A stretch of DNA of 64,000 nucleotides from an uncultured virus (IMG/VR IMGVR_UViG_3300038334_000112) (lineage: Duplodnaviria > Heunggongvirae > Uroviricota > Caudoviricetes). Where the stretch lies: the IMG/VR virus record IMGVR_UViG_3300038334_000112; one strand, written 5' to 3'. The notes under the pieces were generated by a model. The model saw only the letters and a program-made list of their open reading frames with translations, made no database searches and was not told the DNA's origin. This document shows, one piece after another, positions 54,298 through 64,000 of the stretch (position 1 is its first letter; each line of letters opens with the position of its first letter). The position numbers and the translations under genes were made by a program.

Positions 54298-54948
54298 CTA
54301 TTTCACTCCTTTGCCCCACCCGGCCTTGACGTAGACAGGCAGAAGCAACAGCAGGATGCGCCGGGGATAGCCCCGGTTTTCGTTCCAGAACTGCGGGGCG
54401 CGGCCCGCGTTGACGACCTCGACGTTGTCCCACCAGAACGCAGGATTAAGCCCCTGCGCCCTGGCCTTGGCGCGGTCGCGTGTCACCCAGCCGGGGCCGC
54501 CGTTGTAGCCGCTGAGCACGAATGCCCAGCGGTCCAGGTCGGTGGCCGCATAGCTGACTGCCGTGTACAGCTGCAGGTCGTACCGACAGAGCGCCAGAAG
54601 CGCCCAGGCCGGATTGGTCGGCGCAGCATCGCGCAGCTCGGCCGGGTACAGCCTCGCCATGTCCTTCGCGGTCGCCGGGGTGAACTGCGCCAAGCCGCTG
54701 GCGTAAGCGCTCTTGGCGTCGGTTTTCCACCCGCTTTCCTGGTGCACCTGGGCCGCCAAGATGGCGACAGGAGCGCCGAGGCCCCAGACGTTCTGCGCTG
54801 TGCGGACAAGGTCGCGCTGGTACTGCTGGGCTGCCCTGGGGACGCCCCCGGCGTGGGCGAAAGGCGCACACACGGCCAGCAAGGTCACGATCGTGCCAAT
54901 GGCTAGCAGCAGCGCCTTGAGGGTGTCCGAGGGCTGCCGCATGGTCAC
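54298..54948 (-). CDS. Lytic transglycosylase endolysin with N-terminal signal/anchor
   Basis: 'AQVHQESGW', 'GLAQFTPATA', 'YNGGPGW', 'ENRGYPRRI'. Confidence 0.9.
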   Translation of the reverse strand: MTMRQPSDTLKALLLAIGTIVTLLAVCAPFAHAGGVPRAAQQYQRDLVRTAQNVWGLGAPVAILAAQVHQESGWKTDAKSAYASGLAQFTPATAKDMARLYPAELRDAAPTNPAWALLALCRYDLQLYTAVSYAATDLDRWAFVLSGYNGGPGWVTRDRAKARAQGLNPAFWWDNVEVVNAGRAPQFWNENRGYPRRILLLLLPVYVKAGWGKGVK

Positions 54949-55301
54949 AGTGCGAGCCCCATGGCGATCATGCCAGCGATGACCAACAGCGCCTGGCGCA
55001 GGCAGGCCCCGAGGAATAGCAACGCGCAGCCCGGTGCGACCTCAAAGTCGGCAGCTCCGGGGACGAAGCCGGGGGAGTCCTGCCAGGGCTTGGCCAGGTA
55101 GCCGCTGGGCTGCGCCATGGGCCACACCTCACGGTCCAGCCAGTAGCAGGCGAACCCGGCAAGGGGGATGAAGGCCAGCTTGTAGAGCACCAGGGGAACC
55201 TGCTGCGGGGCCATGATCCAGAGGATGCCCAGGGCCAGCAGGGACGCGAGGGCGCAGTAGGTCAGACGGGGAACGCGCTTGAGAGAAAGGATATTGGGCA
55301 T
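54945..55301 (-). CDS. Putative 3-TM holin
   Basis: 'APQQVPLVLYKL....YWLDR..WP'; adjacent to the endolysin. Confidence 0.8.
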   Translation of the reverse strand: MPNILSLKRVPRLTYCALASLLALGILWIMAPQQVPLVLYKLAFIPLAGFACYWLDREVWPMAQPSGYLAKPWQDSPGFVPGAADFEVAPGCALLFLGACLRQALLVIAGMIAMGLAL

Positions 55302-55302
55302 C

Positions 55303-55794
55303 TTAGCCTCCGTGGTGGATTATTTCGGTTTTGGTGAATTGGTAGCCCTCAAGGCCGTAGCGCTGCGCGACCCAGAGCGGGAAAGGCAACGTGTGCACGC
55401 CTTCATCGGGGCCCGTATGATGATCCTTGCAGAGCAACATGCCGTTGACGGTCATGTCGTCGACGAAGGCCAGCGGACCCACCGTGTCGAGCTTCTTCCA
55501 GTCGAAAGCTCGGGCGAATGGGCCCCAGACTCCGGCCACGCAGTCACGCCGGAAGCGCGGCCAATCGATCATGTTGGCGAGGCTGCGTTCGATGGGATGG
55601 TGGTGAGCCTCCAGGGGATGCCCGGCCTCTACCGCCGTGCGGCCACAGATGTAGCAGCGGCCACCATCTCGCTTGATGAGCTCTTCGCGGGTGCGGGAGA
55701 ACAGCGCCGTGGTGGTCCTCTCCTCATGGCCCGGCAGGAGCACGTCAACGACGAGCGTTTCCCTTTCCTCGTGGATTTCTGTCACGCCGCTCAT
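55303..55794 (-). CDS. HNH-like zinc-binding protein
   Basis: 'CYICG..LEAHH' and 'NGMLLCKDHH'. Confidence 0.65.
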   Translation of the reverse strand: MSGVTEIHEERETLVVDVLLPGHEERTTTALFSRTREELIKRDGGRCYICGRTAVEAGHPLEAHHHPIERSLANMIDWPRFRRDCVAGVWGPFARAFDWKKLDTVGPLAFVDDMTVNGMLLCKDHHTGPDEGVHTLPFPLWVAQRYGLEGYQFTKTEIIHHGG

Positions 55795-56123
55795 GGCTTA
55801 CCCAGGACGCCCTTGATTTGAGCAATGTCCTTGCTGTTCTCGTCCACGCTCACCCAGATGTGCGCGACGTCCTCTTTCGTGGCGAAGCTCTTGGCGTTGT
55901 CGAGCTGGCAGGCGTGCTGCGCGGACTCGAAGCAGTCCATGCGGCTGTCCATCTTCCCCAACACGACACCCTGAGCGTCCATCTTTGTGTGAAGAGCGGC
56001 GTTCGCAGCCTGGCGCAGCGCATCGGAGCGCTTGATGTCCCGCTTGATGAGCCAGACCAGGAGGCCGACGAGCAACGTGGGGGCCAGCGGCACCCCGAAT
56101 TTCAACAGCAGTTCTTCCAGCAT
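55791..56123 (-). CDS. Small membrane/coiled-coil phage protein
   Basis: One TM helix and a coiled coil; RBS before 56123. Confidence 0.65.
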   Translation of the reverse strand: MLEELLLKFGVPLAPTLLVGLLVWLIKRDIKRSDALRQAANAALHTKMDAQGVVLGKMDSRMDCFESAQHACQLDNAKSFATKEDVAHIWVSVDENSKDIAQIKGVLGKP

Positions 56124-56211
56124 GTTGCTTCCTTCATGGTAGGCGCGAGTAGAGGCCCGCCCCGGCGAAGCGCCAGGGCCGGGACGGGCCATGCGAGGGG
56201 GAGGAAGGGCT

Positions 56212-56565
56212 CTAGGTGTTGGCTTCCGGCCCCGTGGGCAGGCCGTCCACCAGGCGCGTGCCCTGGGGCCAGCCGTACTCGGCCTCCAGCAGATCGACCA
56301 CCTCGGCGGCCAGGATCTCGGTGCCGCCGGGGGGCAGCGTCACGCCGTCGGCGAACACGGCCAGGCAGCGGGACTTATCCGGGCGCTCCAGAATCAGGGC
56401 CGCGCCCTCCGGGTGTCCTGTGACCCCCAGGTGCCAGAAGCGCTGGTCATCCTCAAACCCGTCTTCGTCAACGACGCGATTGTCCAGGCCAAAGATTTCG
56501 CCAGGGCCGTCCAGGGCGGCAAGATGGTATCCGAGGTCAGTCAACGAGTATTCTGCGTATTTCAT
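56212..56565 (-). CDS. Hypothetical tail-associated protein
   Basis: Acidic 117-aa ORF in the fibre module. Confidence 0.6.
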   Translation of the reverse strand: MKYAEYSLTDLGYHLAALDGPGEIFGLDNRVVDEDGFEDDQRFWHLGVTGHPEGAALILERPDKSRCLAVFADGVTLPPGGTEILAAEVVDLLEAEYGWPQGTRLVDGLPTGPEANT

Positions 56566-56576
56566 GCTGACCCCCC

Positions 56577-57395
56577 TTACACCGGCACAACGCACGGGTA
56601 TTTGGCGAATGAAAGGGACTTAATCTTCATGCCCGCGACATACGAAGTTCCTCTGTGAATGCCCACGATGGCATCACAGCTGTTAGAGAACGTGGACATG
56701 GCGTCGGGAATGGCGAACGCGATGCCGCTGCTGCTCACAGTGGATATTTTGCAGGCACCAAAGGAGAGAGGCTGTCCGTCCATATTCGCAACACCGTAGG
56801 CGAAGGTCGAAGTCGCATAGTCCACGGACGTGAATATCGAGATAGGACCATTGGTCGGCAGGTGTGAGGAGAAGTCCGCCGAGCCACAAGTCCCGCCAAG
56901 ACTTTTGCTCGCGGAGTTGGACACATTGGTGGTGATCCAGCCGCCTTGTCCGGGGTAGGAAAACAAGCCGGAGAAGGTAATGCCACCGGCGTTTGGGATA
57001 ACCTCAAAGAACCTGTTGGGGTTCGTGAGCACCCCCATGTCGTAATCCTTCATCAACCACAAAGCGGAGAACCCGGCGGCGCTGCGCGCGAAGTTGTTGA
57101 TTAACCCCGCCGTGACGCCAAACCCCTGAATGGTGTCCTTGGTGATGGGGCGGTAGCCGCCAACGGATGCCCCGACACCATTGATCTGGCTCAACACCAA
57201 ATCAGACCCAGTGAGGCCACCGCCTACTCCGGTTTCGTTTGCCGACGCCCCGCCGGTGAACTCGCAGACGAACACATTGGCATCCGCCGATGCCTCGGTG
57301 AGAGGGAGCGACCGAAAACGGAACAGACCGTCCAGGCTACGGTCCGGATACGAGCGTCCCCAGTTGGGGAGTGCCATGTTGGGTGCATTGCGCAT
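56577..57395 (-). CDS. Putative receptor-binding/tail-tip protein
   Basis: 272 aa, beta-rich and Gly/Ser-rich, downstream of the fibre gene. Confidence 0.55.
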   Translation of the reverse strand: MRNAPNMALPNWGRSYPDRSLDGLFRFRSLPLTEASADANVFVCEFTGGASANETGVGGGLTGSDLVLSQINGVGASVGGYRPITKDTIQGFGVTAGLINNFARSAAGFSALWLMKDYDMGVLTNPNRFFEVIPNAGGITFSGLFSYPGQGGWITTNVSNSASKSLGGTCGSADFSSHLPTNGPISIFTSVDYATSTFAYGVANMDGQPLSFGACKISTVSSSGIAFAIPDAMSTFSNSCDAIVGIHRGTSYVAGMKIKSLSFAKYPCVVPV

Positions 57396-57398
57396 GGG

Positions 57399-57722
57399 CT
57401 AGTCCTCCGTGCCGTCAGCCTGGAAGCTCACGTTCGCCTGCGCGCTGTTGACGCGGATCTTGTTGGTGGAAGGGATCGTCTTGAGGCAGTTCTTCGAACA
57501 CACTTCCACCGTGTCGCCGCTCTTCACCGTGTTGTTGAAGAGGTAGGACTGCAAGGCGTTGCCGCTGGTGGTGTGCATGACCTTCACCACGGCGTCGCTG
57601 CCGCTGTAGTTGGTCACGGTGAGGCCAAGCACAGAGGCGCGCTTGCCGGAGGTGACGGCCCACAGGTCGGTATCCGTGGAAGCGGTGACAGAAGCCAGGG
57701 TCTTGGGGTCGATCATGGGCAT
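57399..57722 (-). CDS. Small tail-fibre-associated protein
   Basis: 107-aa beta-rich ORF with RBS. Confidence 0.6.
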   Translation of the reverse strand: MPMIDPKTLASVTASTDTDLWAVTSGKRASVLGLTVTNYSGSDAVVKVMHTTSGNALQSYLFNNTVKSGDTVEVCSKNCLKTIPSTNKIRVNSAQANVSFQADGTED

Positions 57723-57734
57723 GGTGGCATCCTC

Positions 57735-58853
57735 CTAGGAGTACATCAGGATCTGTTCGAGGGTGAGGGTCGACTGCTGAGCAGCGGGATTCAGAAGCAC
57801 CCAGGCTCCGGCCCCGGAGTTGTAGGCGGCGTTGTACTGGAAGATGCAAGGCGCTCCGGCTCCGGGGATGTCGCCAACCGCGATCGCCTGCAGGTTCTTC
57901 TTGAGTACGATCTTCGCGCCGGTCGCCGTGGTCCCCAGGGTCAGATTGAACGTCGACGCGGTGGTCGCGTTGGCGGCCGATGCCCGGACCAGGACCAGCA
58001 TGCCGTCCGACGGTGCAGTAAGGTTCGACGCGATGGTGCCCGTCAGGGCATCAGCGGTGCCACCAGCCACGCAGAAGTTCGCCGCCCCCAAAAGGAGCCG
58101 GTTCACGAAGTCGGTGGTGGCCAGTTTCGTGCTGGCGTCCGAGGTCGCCGGGGTCGGGGCTGTCGGCGTTCCGGTGAAGGCGGGCGACAGCAGCGGGGCC
58201 AACAGGGTCAGCGTGTTCGTGATGAACGGAGCGCCGGAAACCTGGGCGATGTTGCCCGCGATGATCTGCGTCTGTCCGTAGGCCACGGTCACAACCCACA
58301 GGCCCACGTTGCCTGCGTCCGCGCTGGGCGTGGTCTGCGATCCGGTAGCCGCCGCCACGCCAGCCTTGGCCGTCAGGACGATGGTGTCCTTGCGCGTGGT
58401 GTTCTGAGCCGTTCCGGAGTTGTTGGGGCCGCTGTACGGCTGCGCCGGGTTGCTGGCGTTGTAGTAGGGCAGCGCGACCGGGTTCGCATCCACTTCGGAG
58501 AACGCGGCCTGGATCAAGTAGTTGACCGAGTAGCCGACGGTCCCAGGGGCGGCACAAGCCAGCGTGGTGGTGTCCAGGCTGATGCCCTGCTTGATCAGGC
58601 TGTGCACCAGGTCGGCGGCCAGAGAGGAATAGGCCGTGGCATCCATGTTCTGGACGCTGTAGATGCGCCCAGGGGCCACAAGCACGTTCAGGGCAGCCGG
58701 GCTGTTCGGGGTGCAGGCAAGCCCGCTGACGAGCGTGTTGATCCCCAGGATGTCCTGGGCCAGGAAGCCCAGCGCGACCATCATATTCTTGTTGGTGTTC
58801 AGCAGGTCAGTTTCAAGCGGGATCTGGCCGGGGTAAACAGTTTGACGATCCAA
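57735..58853 (-). CDS. Tail fibre protein
   Basis: 'MDRQTVYPGQIPLETDLL', 'SPAFTGTPTAPT..STKLATTDFV'. Confidence 0.85.
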   Translation of the reverse strand: MDRQTVYPGQIPLETDLLNTNKNMMVALGFLAQDILGINTLVSGLACTPNSPAALNVLVAPGRIYSVQNMDATAYSSLAADLVHSLIKQGISLDTTTLACAAPGTVGYSVNYLIQAAFSEVDANPVALPYYNASNPAQPYSGPNNSGTAQNTTRKDTIVLTAKAGVAAATGSQTTPSADAGNVGLWVVTVAYGQTQIIAGNIAQVSGAPFITNTLTLLAPLLSPAFTGTPTAPTPATSDASTKLATTDFVNRLLLGAANFCVAGGTADALTGTIASNLTAPSDGMLVLVRASAANATTASTFNLTLGTTATGAKIVLKKNLQAIAVGDIPGAGAPCIFQYNAAYNSGAGAWVLLNPAAQQSTLTLEQILMYS

Positions 58854-58870
58854 GGTTGCCTCCTGGGGAA

Positions 58871-58897
58871 ATAAAAAACCCCGCTGGAGGCGGGGTC
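58871..58897 (-). terminator. Terminator-like hairpin inside the tail operon
   Basis: Minus strand ACCCCGC-CTCCA-GCGGGGT followed by TTTTT. Confidence 0.6.
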
Positions 58898-58936
58898 TGT
58901 TGGTGCGCCTATGCGCGCTGGCCTATGCCAAGTGGA

Positions 58937-59611
58937 CTAGCTGCTGATCCTGGCCCAGATCGTGTACCCCGCGGGGCGCACGCTCTCGATCGCGTTGAAA
59001 ATGTCCGCGTCCGTCACCTGGCCCTGCATGCTGGCCAAGGGGACTTGCTCCATGCTGCCGACACCGTAACCGCCGCCCACGCTGCCCCCAGGCACGCCGT
59101 AGGGCGCGACATTGGCAACGCCGCCCCCTGATGGCCGGAAGGCTGTCACGAAGGCCTGGAAGGGCAGCAGCAGCGTTCCGTAGCCTCCACCAGAGCCGTA
59201 GCCGTAGGCCAGCCCATAGGCCCCAGTGTCTTTTGGCCGCAAGGGCTCAAAGACAACCGGTGCACGGCCGGTGAGCTGCGTCAAGACGGCGATGATCGCC
59301 TTGCGCGTGCCACGCTCCCGAAAGATTGCGGCGATGATGCGTGCTCGGTAGCTTGCGTCGGTCTGGTTGGCCTTCCTGGGCAAGCCGTCGCCGAGGAAGT
59401 CCCCGGCGATCATGTCCAGGAACCCGTCCGTGGCAGTGCTGATTCTTGTTTGCAGCCGCACATAGGCCAGCAGCGAGTAGATGAACGAAAGGCCGTTCGC
59501 CACTCCGGCCAGAAGCGCGTCTCGAATGGTGGCATAGCCAGCCTCGAACCAGCCGACCGGGCTCAGCTGCTGCAACCGGGAGACAATATCCGCCTGATCT
59601 CCGATCGCCAT
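58937..59611 (-). CDS. Baseplate wedge/tail protein
   Basis: 'QTRISTATDGFLDMIA.DF', 'DASYRARI'; follows baseplate J. Confidence 0.75.
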   Translation of the reverse strand: MAIGDQADIVSRLQQLSPVGWFEAGYATIRDALLAGVANGLSFIYSLLAYVRLQTRISTATDGFLDMIAGDFLGDGLPRKANQTDASYRARIIAAIFRERGTRKAIIAVLTQLTGRAPVVFEPLRPKDTGAYGLAYGYGSGGGYGTLLLPFQAFVTAFRPSGGGVANVAPYGVPGGSVGGGYGVGSMEQVPLASMQGQVTDADIFNAIESVRPAGYTIWARISS

Positions 59612-59623
59612 GATGCCCCTCCC

Positions 59624-60748
59624 CTATGTGATGTTGAGCGTGCCGACCTTGATGACCTGCTGCGAAGTCGCCGTGAGGTCCGCGGTTCCACTGTTGAGGG
59701 TGACTCCTGTGGCGCTGAGCACCCCAGGAGAGGCATCGTGGGCGACCTGGGCCAGCCTGCTGTATGCCAGGGTGGTCCCGATGGTGAGCGAGTTGATGTA
59801 AGCGGTCAGAGCGGCCACAACCAGCGCCACGGTGGCCGTGTGGTCGTAGCCGCTGGCCGTACTGAGCACCATGGCCACGTTGGCCGAGACAACCACCGGG
59901 GCGTGCACGTCGAAGGTCGATCCGACCGGCCGCACGGCGTCGACTGCATTCGATGCCGATGACAAGAATGTGCTGCCCGGTGTGCCGGTGCCATCGTCGA
60001 CGACCACGTAGAAGTGCCCCTGGCTGGGAGTGCCGTTGTAGAGGTAGTTCTCCGTGATCGAGTAGCTGACGCCCTGCTGCAAGCTCAGGAGCGCGTTGCC
60101 GATGGCCCCCCTGGTCGCCTTGGACAAGCTGGCCACCCAGGCCACAAAGCGAGTCCGAAAGGCCGCGTCCGACTCAGCGTCCGCGCCGTTGGTGTAGCCC
60201 AGGGCGTTGGTCACCGTGTCAACGTAGGGAATCGCGCCGCTCAGGGTGTTGACCATGCCCGCACTGGCGTTCGAGGCCGCGGCCGCATTCACGGCCACCA
60301 CCGACGCGGTACAGCTCGCAGCGCCTGCGGCGATGACGTAGGCCTGCAATGCCGGGCTATAGGACGGCGGGGTGGTGTCGGCCACCACCTGGTACTGCTG
60401 AGAGCCGTCAGCGGTCTGCACCAGCGTGCCAACCGGGATCATGGCCTGCATGGTCGGGGTGAAGCGCGCAAAGGTCACGGCCCCCGTTGCGGCCTGGGCC
60501 GGGAGCCGCGTGAAGCCGTAGTCGGCCGCCCAGCTGTCGGCGTCTGCTCCGCTGCTCGACGCAAAGCGCGTCAGGGCCGCGATCTGCAAGGCGATGCCCT
60601 GGAGCCACAGCACGATGGCTGCCGTGGCCTCCACGAACGCGCGCAGGATGGAGCCGACCGTCAGGTCGACCAGCTGCGCCGCGCCGCCCTGAATGGCCGT
60701 GACGGCGTTCTGCACGATCTGCGTGAAGGTCTGGGTCTGAATGCTCAT
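59624..60748 (-). CDS. Baseplate J-like protein
   Basis: 'GSILRAFVEA', 'NGADAESDAAFRTRF'. Confidence 0.9.
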   Translation of the reverse strand: MSIQTQTFTQIVQNAVTAIQGGAAQLVDLTVGSILRAFVEATAAIVLWLQGIALQIAALTRFASSSGADADSWAADYGFTRLPAQAATGAVTFARFTPTMQAMIPVGTLVQTADGSQQYQVVADTTPPSYSPALQAYVIAAGAASCTASVVAVNAAAASNASAGMVNTLSGAIPYVDTVTNALGYTNGADAESDAAFRTRFVAWVASLSKATRGAIGNALLSLQQGVSYSITENYLYNGTPSQGHFYVVVDDGTGTPGSTFLSSASNAVDAVRPVGSTFDVHAPVVVSANVAMVLSTASGYDHTATVALVVAALTAYINSLTIGTTLAYSRLAQVAHDASPGVLSATGVTLNSGTADLTATSQQVIKVGTLNIT

Positions 60749-60755
60749 GCGCGGC

Positions 60756-61130
60756 CTACCTCGTGACGTTGAAGGACAGGATCTGCGGGGTGTTCGTCAC
60801 CGCGTCGTTGTATGCGATGGTCACGGTGAAGCCGCTCAGCTCCGTGGGCAGCTGCTTGATGGTGATCTCCGGCGCCGGGCTCTGCGCCACGCAGTCTTCA
60901 AGGCTGATCTGCGACCGGATGAGCGAGAGCACCTTGCCCATGTCCATGGTCTGGCCGATGTAGGCCGGGAGGCCTGCGCCATAGTCGGGCTGGAAGATGT
61001 AGTCGCCCGGGTTGGTCAGCAGCCTGCGGATGATGCGCTGCTGGCCGCGCACGGTGTCGCTCACCGGCATCAGGTCGCCAGTGTTCCCGCGTTGCAGGTC
61101 GTTGCCCCAGTAGTGGTAGAGGTCTTTCAT
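60756..61130 (-). CDS. Baseplate W/gp25-like protein
   Basis: 'QQRIIRRLLTNPGDYIFQPDYGAGL'. Confidence 0.82.
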   Translation of the reverse strand: MKDLYHYWGNDLQRGNTGDLMPVSDTVRGQQRIIRRLLTNPGDYIFQPDYGAGLPAYIGQTMDMGKVLSLIRSQISLEDCVAQSPAPEITIKQLPTELSGFTVTIAYNDAVTNTPQILSFNVTR

Positions 61131-61753
61131 CAGGTCGGGCCTCCGGTGTTGCCGCCCTGCGGGTCGGTGTGGGTGTGGTGGTCCAGGCTGATGGAGCCGC
61201 CCACCACGTCGCCCGTGGCGTTTATGGAGCCGGAAACCTGGACCGAGGCCCCGGAGCCGCCCGACATGGCCAGGCCTCCGTCACCCGTCACATGCCCGTG
61301 GATCATCATGTCCCCGGTGTGCGTCCAGAGCGGCGCACTGCTGTTGATGGCCGTAGCTGCGTGGAGCTCCACCGTGCCGTCGTTGTGAAACTTGAGCAGG
61401 CTGCCCGACTTGTGCACCAGCCAGAATTCGCCGGAAGGGCAAGGCAGTGGGCGGTCCGAGTCGTTGTAAAATCGCATGTCGGCGTGGCCGGCCTGCGGGC
61501 TGCCCTCTTGGAACTCGACCTCGATCATGTCGCCGATGGAGGGCGGGCAGAAGAGGCCCCAGCCGTTGCCGATCCAGGGGCAGGCCAGGGGAAGCCACCC
61601 GGTCTCCGCGCCCTCGGGCATGATCTGCACCTTCACGGCGTAGGCGTCGGGGTCGTAGCTGGTCACGAGGCCCATGCGAGAGTCCGCGCGGGTGTTCCCG
61701 TGCGCCGAGGCCTGTCTGCGCCAAGCGTCTTGGAGTCTTGCGCCGCCTCTCAT
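61130..61753 (-). CDS. Baseplate spike (gpV-like)
   Basis: OB-fold 'GLVTSYDP..VKV..ETGWLP', terminal 'HHTH'. Confidence 0.88.
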   Translation of the reverse strand: MRGGARLQDAWRRQASAHGNTRADSRMGLVTSYDPDAYAVKVQIMPEGAETGWLPLACPWIGNGWGLFCPPSIGDMIEVEFQEGSPQAGHADMRFYNDSDRPLPCPSGEFWLVHKSGSLLKFHNDGTVELHAATAINSSAPLWTHTGDMMIHGHVTGDGGLAMSGGSGASVQVSGSINATGDVVGGSISLDHHTHTDPQGGNTGGPT

Positions 61754-62880
61754 ATGGTCACCGTCGTTTCCGGGCTGTGGTTCTTGGCGCGCAGCTCCAT
61801 TTTGTAGCCCTCATGCAGGGACAGCGACCGGATCACGCTCTCCGGGTAGTACACCTGATCGAAGGCCGTCTCGGTCCCGACCACCTGCACCAGCGTCTGC
61901 GTGCTCAGGATGCCGTCACCGGGAAGCGTGGAGTCCATGCGCATCTCGTGCTTGCTGATGTCGGCCAGGATGTTCTGCGCCTTTTCCAGGGCCGCCTGGT
62001 GCGTCAGGCCGGGGATCGTGTAGCTGTAGGTCTGCGGCTGCCCATAGGGCACCTTGGAATTGCGCGTCACCTTGTTCTTGCTTTTCGTCGCCCTGGCGGT
62101 GACCGAGAACGCCTTCTTCTGCTTGGCGTTCCAGCTTTTCACGATGACGATCACGTCCTTCGCGATGGTCAGGTTCCGCGAAAAGCGGATGCGCTCCACG
62201 TTGGCCGTGGGCGATGCGCACTCTGGGGTCGGGGCCTGCCACTTGATGATGTATTTGTCGCCCTTTTCGGGGTCGAGCTGAGGGACGAAGTTGAGCACGG
62301 TGCCTGTGACGAACACGCTGTACTGGCACATCCGCGCCAGCCAGACGAGCAGATCCCACTCGGTCCGCTCGTCGGCCATCGTGGCGTGGTCGATTTGGTA
62401 GTACGTGCCCGCCAGGGCCTTGGTGGGCACCGTGTTGCAGGTCATGTTGTGCCGGGCAGCCAGTATCTGCGCGATCTGAGAGGCCGTCTTGTTGGCGAAC
62501 TTCTCCGTGGTCTTCGCGTCGATGAACTGGCTCGTGTAGTCGCGTCCGGAGAGCTCTATCACGTTCTTGGCCGGGTCGAAGGTCATGTCGTCGGCGCGCC
62601 CGATGATGAAGCTCGTCAGTTCGCTCGCGTCATAGGCCCTCGGGTCGGCCGGAAACCCGGCCAGCAGCTCCACGGTCAAGTCGGCCTGCGCGGTCAGCCA
62701 TGCCGCGTTTTTGGCGATGGGCAGCGCAGCCGCGGCGAAGGTCACGCGCCAGGTGTCGGCCTGATAGTGGGCGTTGTTGTCGACTTCCCACTCCACCCAC
62801 CCGGTGATGGGCTGGCCGTTGAGCTTGACCATGCCCCGGGGGAGCCGGACGGCGGAAAGTGCCGGGACGTGATTCAGCAT
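61750..62880 (-). CDS. Baseplate hub (gpD/late control D-like)
   Basis: 'IELSGRDYTS.FID', 'TEWDLL..LA'. Confidence 0.8.
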   Translation of the reverse strand: MLNHVPALSAVRLPRGMVKLNGQPITGWVEWEVDNNAHYQADTWRVTFAAAALPIAKNAAWLTAQADLTVELLAGFPADPRAYDASELTSFIIGRADDMTFDPAKNVIELSGRDYTSQFIDAKTTEKFANKTASQIAQILAARHNMTCNTVPTKALAGTYYQIDHATMADERTEWDLLVWLARMCQYSVFVTGTVLNFVPQLDPEKGDKYIIKWQAPTPECASPTANVERIRFSRNLTIAKDVIVIVKSWNAKQKKAFSVTARATKSKNKVTRNSKVPYGQPQTYSYTIPGLTHQAALEKAQNILADISKHEMRMDSTLPGDGILSTQTLVQVVGTETAFDQVYYPESVIRSLSLHEGYKMELRAKNHSPETTVTI

Positions 62881-62888
62881 GGGGGCCC

Positions 62889-63860
62889 CTACTGCGGAAC
62901 GCCGCCAGTCGTGTCAGGCTGGGGCGGGATAGTGAGTGTCTTGGTGCCCTGAATAAAAGGGTCCGTCGTGTTGTTGGCCTTGGCGATGCCGGTCCAGCCG
63001 TTCTGATCGCCGTATTGCTTCTGCGCGATGCTGAACATGTTCCCCCCGGCCACGGTCTGCGTGTTGCCGGGGGTGTTGATGGCGCCGATGTTCCCGTTCA
63101 TGCGGCCGGTCACGGCGAGCAGGTTCTGCAGCGCGCCGAGCTTGGCGGTCCCCGTGATCTGGCTGCTCAGCTTGGACGCTGCGACCGACACCTTGTTTCC
63201 GGGGAGCACCCCGCCGAAGGTCGTCACGTTGCCCATGGCATTCGTCGTGGATGCAATCAGGAGCTTCACCCTGGCCTGCACAGCGGCGATGGGCTGTAAG
63301 ACACTCTGAATCGTGCTCTGCGCTGCCCGGGCGAAGGTGCTCACGTTCTTGATGGCCGAGTCGAGCGTGTTCAGGAGCCCCGAAAGCGTGCAGTCTGCGA
63401 TGGTGTCGCCGCTGGCCTGGGCCGCGGCGAGGTCGTCTGCGATGGCCTGGTCGATGGGCGGCATCGCGATCCGCCGCAACGGCTGCACCAGGTCCTCCAC
63501 CACCTCGCAAGAGATGTGGTACGGCACCTGGTAGAACCGCTCGTAGGTGGCCGAGAATTCCTTGATGACAACCGTGTAGCGGAACTCTCCCCAGGTAAGC
63601 AGCAGGTCGTTGCCAGCCACCCGCAGGCCGTCAAGATAGCGGGCGCGCTGCACCGCCGTGGGGCCCTGGAAGAGCCCGGACCACTCCAAGGGCTTCTCGG
63701 ACCGGCCCAGGCAGTCGATGACGCGCGTTCCGCCGATCATCTCGTGCTTGGCCATGTGCTGGGAGCCCCCGAACTGAATGCTCGGCGGGATCTCCATGCC
63801 CGAGAACTCGAAGCGGCCGAACTCGAATTGACCGATCGAGAGGATGGTGTCTCGTTTCAT
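62889..63860 (-). CDS. Tail tube initiator-like protein with C-terminal LysM-like motif
   Basis: 'FGGSQ..AKH..IGG.R'; 'FSIAQKQYGDQNGWTGIAKAN..LTIP'. Confidence 0.72.
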   Translation of the reverse strand: MKRDTILSIGQFEFGRFEFSGMEIPPSIQFGGSQHMAKHEMIGGTRVIDCLGRSEKPLEWSGLFQGPTAVQRARYLDGLRVAGNDLLLTWGEFRYTVVIKEFSATYERFYQVPYHISCEVVEDLVQPLRRIAMPPIDQAIADDLAAAQASGDTIADCTLSGLLNTLDSAIKNVSTFARAAQSTIQSVLQPIAAVQARVKLLIASTTNAMGNVTTFGGVLPGNKVSVAASKLSSQITGTAKLGALQNLLAVTGRMNGNIGAINTPGNTQTVAGGNMFSIAQKQYGDQNGWTGIAKANNTTDPFIQGTKTLTIPPQPDTTGGVPQ

Positions 63861-63872
63861 GACCGCACGCTC

Positions 63873-64000
63873 CTAGTCGGCATAGGCAAGCCCGACAGTC
63901 GGGAGCCCCATGGTGGTGTCGACGGCAGATCCGCCGTAGGGCTTGTGGGCCGCACGTACTTGATGATTCGTAACCGCCTCGGCCACCCTGCGTCCGTCCA
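63873..64000 (-). CDS. Probable tape measure protein, C-terminal fragment (truncated by the window)
   Basis: Translates DGRRVAEAVTNHQVRAAH...AYAD*. Confidence 0.55.
   Translation of the reverse strand, partial: DGRRVAEAVTNHQVRAAHKPYGGSAVDTTMGLPTVGLAYAD

Larger units (their letters stand above)
53190..64000 (-). mobile_element. Second prophage (contractile tail), lysis and tail end; continues beyond the window
   Basis: Contiguous minus-strand baseplate, fibre and lysis genes ending at a tRNA-derived att site. Confidence 0.9.

Overview
The window holds three adjacent mobile elements in a GC-rich bacterial genome. A Desulfovibrionaceae-like host is my inference only. (1) 1-39655: a nearly complete Mu-like transposable prophage. 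Its left end lies outside the window; its right end reads ...GCGCTACA at 39655. It carries repressor, transposase A/B, gam, gemA, mor, lysis, head, contractile tail, com and a DNA methyltransferase at the mom position, plus several AT-richer cargo genes. (2) ~39743-53189: a 13.4 kb island with no integrase, bounded by 47-bp direct repeats of a tRNA-Glu 3' half. It encodes a two-partner secretion pair (TpsB/TpsA) and a two-component system. (3) 53190-64000: the lysis and tail end of a second, minus-strand myovirus-type prophage, apparently integrated at the same tRNA-Glu. The strongest observations are four. A C5 methyltransferase appears split over two fully overlapping reading frames that start at an overlapping ATGTG behind one RBS, buried in a hairpin inside com. 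A complete type II hammerhead ribozyme lies between gam and gemA. A stacked cargo-cassette array is built on a duplicated gpG 3' end plus promoter. A cloverleaf-like RNA leader precedes com. All calls come from reading the sequence by eye; no searches were run.
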